A stretch of DNA of 64,000 bases, from the NCBI GenBank assembly GCA_965226825.1, contig CBDDED010000003.1:2985240-3049239 (forward strand). Reading direction: 5' to 3'. The position numbers and the translations under genes are program-made. Origin of the DNA: Dehalococcoidia bacterium (lineage in GTDB: Bacteria > Chloroflexota > Dehalococcoidia > Lucifugimonadales > UBA3495). The notes beneath the pieces were generated by a model. The model saw only the letters and a list, made by a program, of their open reading frames with translations. It searched no databases and was not told the origin of the DNA. Positions 9,067 to 19,037 of this stretch are shown here, one piece after another (the stretch's first letter is position 1; the number at the start of each line of letters is the position of its first letter).

Positions 9067-9999
9067 TCACCGGATCACCAACACCGGTAGGCTGGAGTGG
9101 CGCACCACGCGGTCCGTTACGCTGCCCAACACCAACCGCCCTATGCCGCTGCGGCCGTGGGTGGTCATCACCACCAGGGAAGGTTGCTCCATCGCTTTGT
9201 CTATGATGACCTGGGCTACATTCTGGCTCAGTTGATGGTAGGTGGCTACTTCGTGAACGTTGTTGACTGCCAGCCGGCCCTTTACACCGGACAGGTATGC
9301 GCTCACCTCGCCGGCGTCGGCGTCCACCATTTCATTGGCCGACATAGGTGCGGAGTCCGCAGCGGCCCCCATCCGGAGAGTGGCGGCGCTCAGATGATGG
9401 CGATAGTAATCTGCAGTTGGCGTAACCCGCAGCAGCGATATGGGGACGGTCAATGCGGCGGCCATCCCCGCGGCGTGGGGCAGGGACAGCTCCGCACGGG
9501 CGGACCCGTCCAACGGCACCAGCACCGTCTTGAGCGAAGTTTCCGCCGATGCCGGGTGGGCGGCATTGGCGCGGACGATGAGCATGGGGTTGGAGACAGT
9601 GTGGAGGACCTTGTCGGCGACGCTGCCCAGCGCCCAGCGGGCGATCCCGCCTCGCCCGTGGGTTGACATCACAACCAGCGCATCCGGGTCGGCGCTGGCC
9701 AGGGCGACGATGGCGTCGGACGGCGCGCCGTACAGCAATGAAACGGATGCCGCATTGCCAGCCGCCTCCAGGCGTTCCCGGATGCTCGTCAGGTAGGTTT
9801 CCGAACGCCGCCATGCATCCGACAGCATCTCGCTGACGACCTGACTCGTGTGCCGGTCATGCACCGCCGGCGGCAGAATGTCGTAGGCCTCAATCAGTTC
9901 GATGGGGACTGACATCGAACTGGCGACGAACTGGCAGAAGGGCAAAGCCTGCTCGGATAGCTCCGACCCGTCCAGCGGAACGATTACTTTGGAATACAT
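9067..9999 (-). CDS. universal stress protein, tandem UspA domains
   Basis: MYSKVIVPLDGSELSEQAL.. and a second ..TVLVPLDGSARAE.. half, each ending in ..THGRxGIxRxxLGSV....S..PVLxxR. Confidence 0.88.
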   Translation of the reverse strand: MYSKVIVPLDGSELSEQALPFCQFVASSMSVPIELIEAYDILPPAVHDRHTSQVVSEMLSDAWRRSETYLTSIRERLEAAGNAASVSLLYGAPSDAIVALASADPDALVVMSTHGRGGIARWALGSVADKVLHTVSNPMLIVRANAAHPASAETSLKTVLVPLDGSARAELSLPHAAGMAAALTVPISLLRVTPTADYYRHHLSAATLRMGAAADSAPMSANEMVDADAGEVSAYLSGVKGRLAVNNVHEVATYHQLSQNVAQVIIDKAMEQPSLVVMTTHGRSGIGRLVLGSVTDRVVRHSSLPVLVIR

Positions 10000-10135
10000 G
10001 GTGATTGCTCGCCCCCTGGTCCGTATTGAAAGGCATCTGATGAGCAACGATAGATTACCATTAACCGGAGCGATGGGTTAGTAAGTCCGCCAGGGCAATC
10101 GCATTTACAAAGCCAATACGCGAGTAACCCCCACG

Positions 10136-10315
10136 CGTCTTTCTCGCCGCAGCGGGAATCCAGAGCCCTTCCCCACATCCACGTACGTGTGGCAATGCAG
10201 GAGTGGTCTACATGGGACCGGCCTGCTTGGCTGGGAGGCGAGGCGTCCTACGTATCCTAATCAAGTCTATTGAGGGAAGGGCTCTGGATTCCCGCTGCGG
10301 CGAGAAAGACGGGGG
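10136..10315. repeat. MITE-like unit: inverted pair of REP motifs around a ~110-bp core
   Basis: ..TTTCTCGCCGCAGCGGGAATCCAGAGCCC (10136-10168) and GGGCTCTGGATTCCCGCTGCGGCGAGAAAGACGGGGG (10279-10315) are inverted copies. Confidence 0.75.
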
Positions 10316-10378
10316 TGGGATTGTGCTCCCATCCTTGCTTCTCCTACTCGCGGGAGGGAGGACATTTAGGGCGCACTA

Positions 10379-10545
10379 GCCGCAGCGAGAATCTAAAGCC
10401 CTGATCATGCGCCAAGACGGTTGAACCAACCAAGACGCGTCGGGTGGACAGGTCGACGTCCCACCTGGACCATCCCTGCAATCCCCCATCATATCGGATG
10501 GGAGAAAGGGCTCTGGATTCCCCCCGCGGGGAGAATGACGGTGGG
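10379..10545. repeat. MITE-like unit with the same core as 7258-7360 and 59666-59772
   Basis: Core ..CTGATCATGCGCCAAGACGG..GACAGGTCGACGTCCCACCTGGA.. lies between a diverged inverted REP and a forward REP. Confidence 0.7.
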
Positions 10546-10624
10546 GGATTTAATGACACCTGCGGCGTGCCTGGTGTGGTACGCTTTTCGGCGGAAATGA
10601 GACGCCGCAAATCCGGAGCCAGAC

Positions 10625-11830
10625 TTGGCAGAGTCGGTCAGTAACCGCCACCACTGGACAACCCTTGTAGTCACCCTGTTGCTGGGGTTGCCCGCCGCCG
10701 CGCTCCTGTTTTCGGGCAGTCACATCAATCCACTCGCCGCCGCCTGCGTATACGGAGTGGGTATTTTGGCCGGCGCTTCCCTGGGCCGCCGAGGTGGCCG
10801 AACTCGACATTTCGGCGTCTCTGGCTATCGCTATTCTCGCCTTGCTCGCCATTCTCCCGGAATATGCCATCGAGTCGGTGCTCGCCTGGGACGCCGGCGC
10901 GTCGTTCAATACCGAGACTCGAGAAATCACGGCAGAGACGCAATGAGTGGCGGCCAACGTAACCGGGGCCAACCGGTTGCTTATCGGCGTGGGTTGGTCC
11001 GTCGTTATCCTGATCTACTGGCTCAAACACCGGGGCGTTCTGGATTTGCGTGGAAAGATGGGGCCCGCGGTGACCTTTCTGACGGTAGCAACGCTTTTGA
11101 CATTTGTCATCTTCTTCAGGCGGGAGTCCATATCCTGCTTGCGGCGGCTCTCATCGGCATCTACATCGCCTACGTGTGGATCAGTTCCACCAGGCCTGCA
11201 GAAGAGCCCGAACTCATCGGCGCTGCGGCGATGATCGGGGCCTTGCCCGCGAAGTGGCGCCGGACGATGGTCGTTTTTTTGCTCGTGTATGCCGCGGGCG
11301 TAATCGTAATCGCCGCGGAGCCCTTTGTGGAAGGACTCGTAGAGGCTGGCGAGGGCTTGGGCGTAGACGATTTCATACTCATCCAGTGGGTCGCGCCGCT
11401 GGCTTCCGAGACCCCGGAGATCATCGTGGCCGTGCTCTTCGGCTTGCGGGCCAATCCCGCTGCTGGTCTGACGGTGCTGATCTCTTCTGAAGTTAACAAG
11501 TTCACCTTGCTGGTAAGCAGCATGGTTGTGATATTCAGCGCATCGGCGGGCCAGATAATCGCATTCCCATTGGACGGCAGGCAGGCCATCGAGTTCCTGC
11601 TGACGACCGCGGTTGCTTTGTTCGGTCTTGTGTTGATCGCCAGGCGGACTGTCGACTGGCGGGCGGGGTCGGCGTTATTGGGCCTGTTCGTTGTTCACCT
11701 GTTCTTCCCTCAGCCGCAACACCGCTTGTGGATCACGTACGGGTATTTTGGACTGACGATATTGCTGATCATCCTGGACTGGCGCCGGGTCAAATTCCTG
11801 GTCCGCGAGGAGCGGCAGCAACCGGATTAG
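10625..11830 (+). pseudogene. Ca2+/cation antiporter (CaCA, Na_Ca_ex repeats) gene, disrupted
   Basis: The protein-like sequence switches frame near 10790 (..WAAEVAELDISASLAIAILALLAILPEYAIE..) and back near 11100. It carries an in-frame TGA at 10944-10946 (..ETQ*VAANVTGANRLLIG..). The C-terminal half is good (..APLASETPEIIVAV..). Confidence 0.7.
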
Positions 11831-12066
11831 CGGCCGCCCTCCAGGATATGGTCACGTCCATACCCAGGGCGGCGGCGCGGGATGAAGGCACCCGGACCAA
11901 GGATAGGCAGTAGTGGGGATGGTGGGAAAAGTCGGCGTCCGCTGCGTTTAATTCAACAGCGGCTATTGGTCTAATTTGGGGCGGGTCAAGCACCGGGGGC
12001 TCAGCGTTGGGCCATCAGAAGGCTGGGTAACCGCCCAAGTTGGTAGTCTGGCGGGAGTGCGCTCCC

Positions 12067-13347
12067 TCAGCTGAGGCCGAATTGGTCTCTGGCGTTTCCG
12101 CACATCATCTGGGCGATGATGGGGGGATCTATGTCTGCCTGGGTGAGGGCTTGGATGGCATCCCAGGCGCTGGTGGTGTCATGGTGGGGGTAGCGGGAGC
12201 CCCAGACGATTTTCTTGGCGAAGGAGTGCGGCAGCTCCTGGATCAACCGCTCCTCGGCGTCGAAACCGAGCATGACGCGGCCCTCCTCCCACATTTCCTC
12301 CGGGTCTGTCCTGACCGGGTAGTAATGTTGAAGAGGAATCACCCGCGTCGAAGCCTCCATTTTCTCCAGGACTTCTTCCATCCAGGACGCCTTCCCGTGG
12401 GCTACCACCACCTTCATATCGGGGAACCGCTGCATAACCGTATAGCCCACTAACGTGGATGCGACGAACAGGTGGTTGTCGAGCCAGTGGGAGAGTATCG
12501 GCGCCACCGGATGCCCCATCGGGACCATCCCGGTCGCCGGAGATACCCGGTTTCGGTCGCCGGTGCTACCGCCCGCGTCGGGGCCTCCGCCACCGCCCCC
12601 CAGGGCGTTGGTCTGCGAGAGCCGCCCCTTGACCTTTTCGATGAAGGGACCGTGGGACGTCCACTCCGGGTTCCACAAACCGGCGGCAGGGTGCACCGCG
12701 GCGGCCATCCCTAAACTTTCCAGTTCATTCCACAGCGGCTCGTAGTAGGGGTGAGTGAGGTACCGCCCCTCCATGAACATGGGGCGGATGAATGCGCCGC
12801 GGAAACATTGGATTCCGGCGGCGCGTCGCAACTCCGCCAGGGCGAAGTCCATGTTCCCGAGGGGGACCATCGCGGCAGCGAAGAGGCGGTCGGGGGCTGC
12901 CTGGCAGAAGTCTGCAACCCAGTCGTTGTATGCCCGCGCCAGGGCGTAGGCTACGTCCGGGTCTTCGACCAGGTGGAAACCTTCGGCGAACCACGTGGGG
13001 TAAAGGAAGGTCTGGTCGATACCCATGGCGTCCATGTCCCGGAGCCTCGCCCGCGGGTCCCAGGCGCCTTCACTCATTGGATGGCGGACGTCCGGGTCCA
13101 GTTCACCGACGGAGTCCCAGGTCATTCCGGGCTTCCAGATGGCGTGTCGGGGGATGTTGGGGTTGCCGCTGTCCCGAAACACCTGGCCGTTGACTTTCAG
13201 GTACGAGTCAAACCGTCCTTCTTCCCGCCAGAGGGCGTGTTTGCCCAGGACGCGGTACTCGGGTTCCAGGTATTTCTCCCACAGCTCCCGGGGCTCCACG
13301 ACGTGGGAGTCGCTGTCGAAAACCTCGAAGTCTTTCCTGGTAGTCAT
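12067..13347 (-). CDS. amidohydrolase-2 family metal-dependent hydrolase
   Basis: N-terminus ..FEVFDSDSHVVEPRELWEKYLEPEY.. is typical of the PF04909-type family. 426-aa intact ORF. Confidence 0.8.
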   Translation of the reverse strand: MTTRKDFEVFDSDSHVVEPRELWEKYLEPEYRVLGKHALWREEGRFDSYLKVNGQVFRDSGNPNIPRHAIWKPGMTWDSVGELDPDVRHPMSEGAWDPRARLRDMDAMGIDQTFLYPTWFAEGFHLVEDPDVAYALARAYNDWVADFCQAAPDRLFAAAMVPLGNMDFALAELRRAAGIQCFRGAFIRPMFMEGRYLTHPYYEPLWNELESLGMAAAVHPAAGLWNPEWTSHGPFIEKVKGRLSQTNALGGGGGGPDAGGSTGDRNRVSPATGMVPMGHPVAPILSHWLDNHLFVASTLVGYTVMQRFPDMKVVVAHGKASWMEEVLEKMEASTRVIPLQHYYPVRTDPEEMWEEGRVMLGFDAEERLIQELPHSFAKKIVWGSRYPHHDTTSAWDAIQALTQADIDPPIIAQMMCGNARDQFGLS

Positions 13348-13372
13348 CGTTCGCTAACCAATGGAATTCCGG

Positions 13373-14761
13373 CTACCAGCGCGTCACAGAGGATTCCGGC
13401 TTGAGCGACTCCCTGATTTCGTCCTGGTCAGGCCACCAGTCCGGGCGTTGGATCTCGGTTACCCGTTCCCGGATGATCTTGCTGGGAGGCTCGATGTTGT
13501 AAAGCCTGCGGGCGTTCGCCCCCAGGAACCTGGCCTGATCGGCGATTGGCAACTCACAGGCTTCCATTGTCTCGATAGCTCTCCAGGCGTCGTCTCCGTC
13601 GTGATGGTACACGTCCGAGGCCCAGGCGAGGATATCGCGGTAGAAGTTTGGCAGGCGCGAGGGCGGCGCCTCGTCTCCTTCGAACCCGGTGACGCAATGC
13701 TGGAAGAAGGTCTCGCTGGGCAGTTGCTTCAGCGGGGGCAGCATGCGGTCGTTGCGGTAGAGCCGGTAGGTCTTGTCGCACTCATCCAGCAGGAAGCTGA
13801 GCCAGGTAGAGGAGGCCTCAAACACCGCGGCTTGAATCTTTGGATGCCTCTCGAAGAACCCGGACATCAGCACCAGGGTAACCCAAAGGGCCGCCTCGGC
13901 CTGAAAGTTCTGCACGTTGGTAAGGAGGGTGTGGGGTAAGCCGGAAGTGGAGACGGCCCTCCTGATAAGCTCCGCGCCCGAATACTGGTCTGAGTAGCCC
14001 GGCGGTTTGTTGACTCCCGTGGCCGGGAAGGGATGCATGCCGTAGACCAACCCGGTATCCTCCAGGGCGTTCCACACGACTTCGTACTTGGGCTGAATGG
14101 GGTAGTTGCCCATGGCATCCATGGGTCGGATGAGGGCAACCCGGCAGCCTTGGGCGGCGACGCGATAGACTTCTTCGGCGGCATATTGGGGGCTTTGCAT
14201 GGGAATGAGGGCCGCGAAGAAGAGCCGTTCCGGGTCTTCCTGCGTGAACTCATGGGCCCATTCGTTGTAGGCCTTGCACATGGCCCGGGCCCCCAGGGCG
14301 TTCTGCAGCCAGGGGTAAGTGTCGATGCTGGTGGGAATAAGCATCACCTGGTCTATACCCTGGATGTCCATGTCCCGCAGCCGCGGCCCGGGTTCCTCGG
14401 CTCCGGCGTGGGCCAGGTAATCAGACTGCTCTTTGGTCAGGGCGGTCTCAGGATTGAGGTTGCGGACGTTGAGGGCGCGTTGAATGTCGTGCTTCAGTCC
14501 GGGACCGGCCAGCCGCACGATGTCGATGATTCCGGGGCCGGTCTTCGGTATCGGCGAAAAGCTGTTCACGTCGGCTTTCCCGTTGACCAGCAACTGGTTC
14601 GTTTCGGCGTGGTACCACATAGTGGACTTCAGAGCTTCCAGCTCATCTTTGGTGAGGTGGTCGGCGGCTTGGGCCCAAACCTTCGCCGGCTCCACGACGT
14701 GGGCGTCACAGTCGAACGTGGGGAAATCCTTGGTCATTGGCCTGAATCTCTGGACCGGCAA
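13373..14761 (-). CDS. amidohydrolase-2 family metal-dependent hydrolase (paralog)
   Basis: ..FPTFDCDAHVVEPAKVWAQ.., 462 aa, adjacent to and on the same strand as 12067..13347. Confidence 0.8.
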   Translation of the reverse strand: MPVQRFRPMTKDFPTFDCDAHVVEPAKVWAQAADHLTKDELEALKSTMWYHAETNQLLVNGKADVNSFSPIPKTGPGIIDIVRLAGPGLKHDIQRALNVRNLNPETALTKEQSDYLAHAGAEEPGPRLRDMDIQGIDQVMLIPTSIDTYPWLQNALGARAMCKAYNEWAHEFTQEDPERLFFAALIPMQSPQYAAEEVYRVAAQGCRVALIRPMDAMGNYPIQPKYEVVWNALEDTGLVYGMHPFPATGVNKPPGYSDQYSGAELIRRAVSTSGLPHTLLTNVQNFQAEAALWVTLVLMSGFFERHPKIQAAVFEASSTWLSFLLDECDKTYRLYRNDRMLPPLKQLPSETFFQHCVTGFEGDEAPPSRLPNFYRDILAWASDVYHHDGDDAWRAIETMEACELPIADQARFLGANARRLYNIEPPSKIIRERVTEIQRPDWWPDQDEIRESLKPESSVTRW

Positions 14762-14923
14762 GGCGGACCTCCTCTAGGCAATGCGGAGGGTTGTTTCGGG
14801 GGTATTGAGCCCAATCTAGCAAGAGGCGTTACCATTGTCAACGGACTGACCGGTTGCTTGGGCTAGAATCGTAGCAATACAATCATGGCGCTAAACGTTT
14901 AACTCGACAGGAGCAGGACTTCG

Positions 14924-15916
14924 ATGGAATATCGGAGATTTGGACCTACAGACATAACGGTATCGGCCCTGGGGTTTGGTTGTTGGGAGATGGGAGGCAC
15001 CTACGGAGACGTTACAGAGCCGGAAGTGGCGGCTGCCGTCAACCGCGCTATAGACCTTGGCATCAACTGCTTCGACACGGCCCCGGCATACGGAAGAGGC
15101 GAGTCCGAGATTCTATTGGGCAGAGCTCTGGGACCCAGACGGAAGGACGTGGTGGTGATCACCAAGTGCGGGGTTGGCTACCCCGACCGTCCAAAGGGCA
15201 GGGATAGCCGGATGGTGTCTATCTTTGCCTCGGTCGAGCAGAGCCTGCGGAACCTGGGGACTGATTACGTGGACGCTTTGCTCATTCACTGGCCGGACGT
15301 CAGCACGCCTTTCGATGAAACCATGCATGCGCTGGACAGCCTGGTGCGCCAGGGAAAAGTCCGCGCCGTTGGGGTCTCCAATTTTAGCATCGACCAGATT
15401 GAAGAATGTGAAGCCGTGCGGAGTGTCGACGTCGTGCAGTACGGCCTCAACATGTTTGACCGGCGCATGGAGCAGGAGATATTTCCCCACTGCCAGCAGC
15501 GGGGGACAGGCGTAATGGTCTACGGCCCGCTGGCATTTGGCCTGCTGTCCGGCGCATTTACCGCGGAAACGACGTTCGGGAGCAACGATTGGCGATCCAC
15601 CGGCGGGCGTCCGGGGTGGAACGTTGGAGTGTTTGCCGAGGAGCACTTTCAGCGAAACTTACATGTCGTGGAGGAACTGAAACCCATCGCCGCCGCACGG
15701 GGAAAAAAGATGCCGCATCTTGCTTTGCGATGGGTCCTGTCAAATCCCGCGGTAAGCGTGGCATTGGTAGGCACTCGCACCGTTCAGGAAGTGGAAGACA
15801 ACGTCGCCGGGCTGGAGTGGGCCCTGTCGGGAGCGGAAATGGAGCAGATTGACGAGGTGTTCGCCCGCTACGGCGTGGACACGCACCCGGACATAGTCAT
15901 AGACCCGCCGGAATAG
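14924..15916 (+). CDS. aldo/keto reductase
   Basis: MEYRRFGPTDITVSALGFGCWEMGG..FDTAPAYGRGESE..DALLIHWPD.. Confidence 0.9.
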   Translation: MEYRRFGPTDITVSALGFGCWEMGGTYGDVTEPEVAAAVNRAIDLGINCFDTAPAYGRGESEILLGRALGPRRKDVVVITKCGVGYPDRPKGRDSRMVSIFASVEQSLRNLGTDYVDALLIHWPDVSTPFDETMHALDSLVRQGKVRAVGVSNFSIDQIEECEAVRSVDVVQYGLNMFDRRMEQEIFPHCQQRGTGVMVYGPLAFGLLSGAFTAETTFGSNDWRSTGGRPGWNVGVFAEEHFQRNLHVVEELKPIAAARGKKMPHLALRWVLSNPAVSVALVGTRTVQEVEDNVAGLEWALSGAEMEQIDEVFARYGVDTHPDIVIDPPE

Positions 15917-16872
15917 GGAACCGGCGACTTGACCGGGATATTCTCACCGATGCCACCACACAGCACTGCATCTCTCTGATAATGGTCACGCCCAGCCAAG
16001 GCGTAATGAAACGTCATTCTTCTGTCAATGTAGCCTTGATTGTACGCGGTGAGCTGAGGGAAGAGTATCCTTGCGCCCGATTGGATGGCGGAGGACGCAC
16101 ACTGTGTCGATGCGGAGTTGGATTTCCCACGTAAGGGGCCCCAAGAGTTGTTTAAATAGAAGATACTTCAATTGGTAGTACCACTGCAGTAGAAGTTCTG
16201 GTTGTCAGCGTCGGCCTTGTCCAACGGAGAGGCGATGCGGGAGAACTGATCCTGGGCTGGAGCAAGGGCTCTGGCGGCGCGACCCCTATTACAGCGCACG
16301 GAACTAGAGAAAGTGGGCAAAGGAGCACTGTATACAAAATTCGAGTTGGTGGGACTCAGTGAGCCTGCCAGGATCTGCACTCACCACTGGGATGGGACGG
16401 TAAATGTAGCGGCAACAGCAGTTGTAGTGAACAGACCTCTAACTCGCAGAGCGTGGAGACGGAACCAAGCGTATCCGGACAACCATGCTGGACTTGCAAT
16501 AGCGCAGTCTTGGAACTTACCGAGGAACAAAGGGTGGCGGGTTCCAAGCGTCGCGAGAGCTAAGAAACCTCTGAATAAGTTGTTGGATTGCCCCAGACCA
16601 CGGCTTAGCTAGGCACGATTCCAACAGAGGATCGCCGTCGTTCCCGACTTGTTCAGAGGTTTCCTAAACATGTTGGGAGAAGAGTTGCTGAGTCCGCCAG
16701 ATGTGCCGGCTGTGGCATTGACACAGCAGGTTTGCCAACCTTTACCACAGCCGCGCTACATGGTTGCAGATGTGCCATGAGGACGTTTACGCTCCCGTAG
16801 CCGCAGGCGGCGGCTGGAGGAAGGTTGGGGTAGCGGATGTTCTGGAGCGAGCGGGGGAGTGAGGTTGGGTAT

Positions 16873-17988
16873 TTATCCCTGCTCCTCGGCCGGCCCAATT
16901 TCTTCCAAGGTAAGTGTCTTGCCTTTACGTATGGCGTGTACGACAACTTCGCGATCCCAAAGAGGGCGGACTATGTCGTTCATCATTCCTGGCGGAACGA
17001 TGATCCGGCTTGACAAATTTCCGTCGATGACTTGGATAGTATTATTGTTCCCTCGCCGAGCATCAGCGAAGCGTAAAGTCCCCTTCATCTCCACCGGCTC
17101 GGCAGGGGTCGCACGCGAATCGGCGAGGTTTGGGGACGGGAGTTCCGCCGCCGGCGTCGTCAACTCTACGGAACGTTCACTTCCGCCGCGTGTTGCGGTA
17201 AATCCTACCTGACGAAATCGTTCGCCATCGGGTGCTATATTTCTTGCTAAGCCGTAGAAATTTCGCAGATATGCTTGGTCAGGGATAAGATCTTGGATTT
17301 CGTCAACGCGGGATTTGTTGACCAGTTCTATCAGGTCCATAAACTCGTCCACGATGACAGCAGAAGGAGACATCCCCGGCAAAGGAGGCTGAACAGGGCT
17401 GCCGAATTGCATCATTACAGCGAAGCTGCCGTTTCTGGGTGGGGAAAGCAGCAACCGATGATTTTCCCGTATTTCCTTGGGAGGCCCACCCCTCTCTCGA
17501 AACGGCAGACCTTGCTTCCGCTCGGCTGTGCGGTAAATCAGTTGCGCTGAGGTATTAACACGCCCATATACCGCACCTAACTCGGCGACTCCCTTGCCCA
17601 CTTCGGGGCCGGATAGGCTGAATTGGAGTTGGGAGTCCTGGAAAACGATGCCTTTTAGTGCAAGGTGTCGATGAAAGTAAATGTTCTCCAAGAGGTCCCG
17701 TAATTCTTCAGCGATCTCCGGGTCGGGGTCGCCAGCAAGGGCGGTAGCCGCTATCTGTTCGGCTTGGCGAAACCGGCGGCAGTCCAATGCAAGTGAACCG
17801 GCACTACGGTGTAGGACCGACCACAGTAGTCCATCAGAGGCATCCAGTTCGGCGATGGCGGCTAGTTCGGACTCCAATGCCTGCACAAAGTATCCCTGCG
17901 AACGATCCGCGTCGCCGCGAGCACGTTCCCGTATAGCGCGGTCAGTGAACTCCATAGCTTGGTCGTGCAAATCCCTAACGCTGCTCAT
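16873..17988 (-). CDS. hypothetical protein (371 aa), no recognisable domain
   Basis: Long intact ORF in a lower-GC island. Its start overlaps the stop of the upstream gene (ATGA at 17985-17988), suggesting an operon. Confidence 0.6.
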   Translation of the reverse strand: MSSVRDLHDQAMEFTDRAIRERARGDADRSQGYFVQALESELAAIAELDASDGLLWSVLHRSAGSLALDCRRFRQAEQIAATALAGDPDPEIAEELRDLLENIYFHRHLALKGIVFQDSQLQFSLSGPEVGKGVAELGAVYGRVNTSAQLIYRTAERKQGLPFRERGGPPKEIRENHRLLLSPPRNGSFAVMMQFGSPVQPPLPGMSPSAVIVDEFMDLIELVNKSRVDEIQDLIPDQAYLRNFYGLARNIAPDGERFRQVGFTATRGGSERSVELTTPAAELPSPNLADSRATPAEPVEMKGTLRFADARRGNNNTIQVIDGNLSSRIIVPPGMMNDIVRPLWDREVVVHAIRKGKTLTLEEIGPAEEQG

Positions 17989-18566
17989 TTCGCTCTAACC
18001 TCGGCAAGTGGCCTGCCAAACTCAACCACTACCACGTAAGCTGGCAACCCCCGGACGTCTGACCGATTCGTCTGGTTCATTTTACGTTTGACCCGTGCCC
18101 TTATCCTGGAGTCGTTGCCAAGTTGAATGCCGGATACCTCCATCCTTCCCCTGACGATCAGGCCATTGCCTTGAAGTGCCTCGCGCAATGCCATGGTTGT
18201 CGCCTGTTCAGCCTCAGATATGTTGTTCAGGTCGTTGTCGCCCAGCCAATAATCAATTCCGGTGGTCTTGCGGGAGCGGAGGATGACAGCGTATCCGATT
18301 TCTCCAATTGCTAATAGTGCTGCTATGCCGGCTGCGCCATCCTCAGCGGCTTCATCAGGGTCATTCCAAGTCCGTTTGGCTTGATCAGTGGCTGGAGGCC
18401 AAGCCAACGTATAGGTTTTTCTGAAGTCACCGCGGACTTCGAAATGAACCCCTTGCTGGTGCAGATGCGACTCCAAACATACAGCCCCCGCTTGCGCCAG
18501 ATCGTTTCCCTTTTCTCGTGTTATGCCCGGAATATCATCGGTATCCAGTTTGTTCAAGTCCAGCAT
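17985..18566 (-). CDS. hypothetical protein (193 aa) with a weak restriction-endonuclease-fold-like pattern
   Basis: Helix with acidic residues (EAAEDGAAGIAALLAIGEIGY), then ..TGIDYWLGD.., then ..GRMEVSGIQ.. in the order E..D..ExS. This is only a loose resemblance to PD-(D/E)xK. Confidence 0.55.
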   Translation of the reverse strand: MLDLNKLDTDDIPGITREKGNDLAQAGAVCLESHLHQQGVHFEVRGDFRKTYTLAWPPATDQAKRTWNDPDEAAEDGAAGIAALLAIGEIGYAVILRSRKTTGIDYWLGDNDLNNISEAEQATTMALREALQGNGLIVRGRMEVSGIQLGNDSRIRARVKRKMNQTNRSDVRGLPAYVVVVEFGRPLAEVRAK

Positions 18567-18745
18567 TTATACCTTAGAGCCGGGTCTGTTTGATCATGGG
18601 ATACGGTCATTAAGAGCTCACAATTTCCTGCCTCGGAGATAGTCGTCGGATTTTTTGACCGTCGTCTTTCTGACAACTTTCCGCGCCATGGCAGGCATTC
18701 CCACTCCCGGGGTGTATCTACGCGGAGTAGGTGGGGCATCGCTCT

Positions 18746-18934
18746 TTAAGAGGTGCTCTTTTCCCCAATGACTTTCCCTATTCGGCGCCTTTTATCTACC
18801 GATTCCTTTTCTTTGTAAATCCGCGCCAGTGCGGCCTCTAGAGACACGCCCAGCCGCCGGTTATTATCTCGAGCCATCACCAATCCCATTGCCCTTACTT
18901 CGTGTTCTTCCTTCCTGATATTCAATTGCTCCAA
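18746..18934 (-). CDS. small hypothetical protein (62 aa)
   Basis: ORF upstream of, and on the same strand as, the two-gene unit. Charged and helical in appearance. Coding status uncertain. Confidence 0.3.
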   Translation of the reverse strand: MEQLNIRKEEHEVRAMGLVMARDNNRRLGVSLEAALARIYKEKESVDKRRRIGKVIGEKSTS

Positions 18935-19037
18935 TATCCAGAACGCTGTTGCCCGTCATGCTCCTTTCATCAGTATGGCAAACATGGCGTAAACGACCAA
19001 ACCCCACAATCAAACGGAACCACGGGCGTGGCCTGGA

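Noticed and set aside
10944-10946. In-frame TGA in the CaCA gene as a possible selenocysteine or recoded codon
   Set aside because: The gene also has two frameshifts. The context (..ETQ*VAANVTG..) fits a simple TGG-to-TGA nonsense change, and no SECIS-like hairpin is evident.
12040-14866. Multiple plus-strand ORFs (up to 277 aa) within the two amidohydrolase genes
   Set aside because: They lie antisense to ORFs with clear family motifs and are Gly/Val/Pro-rich without motifs.
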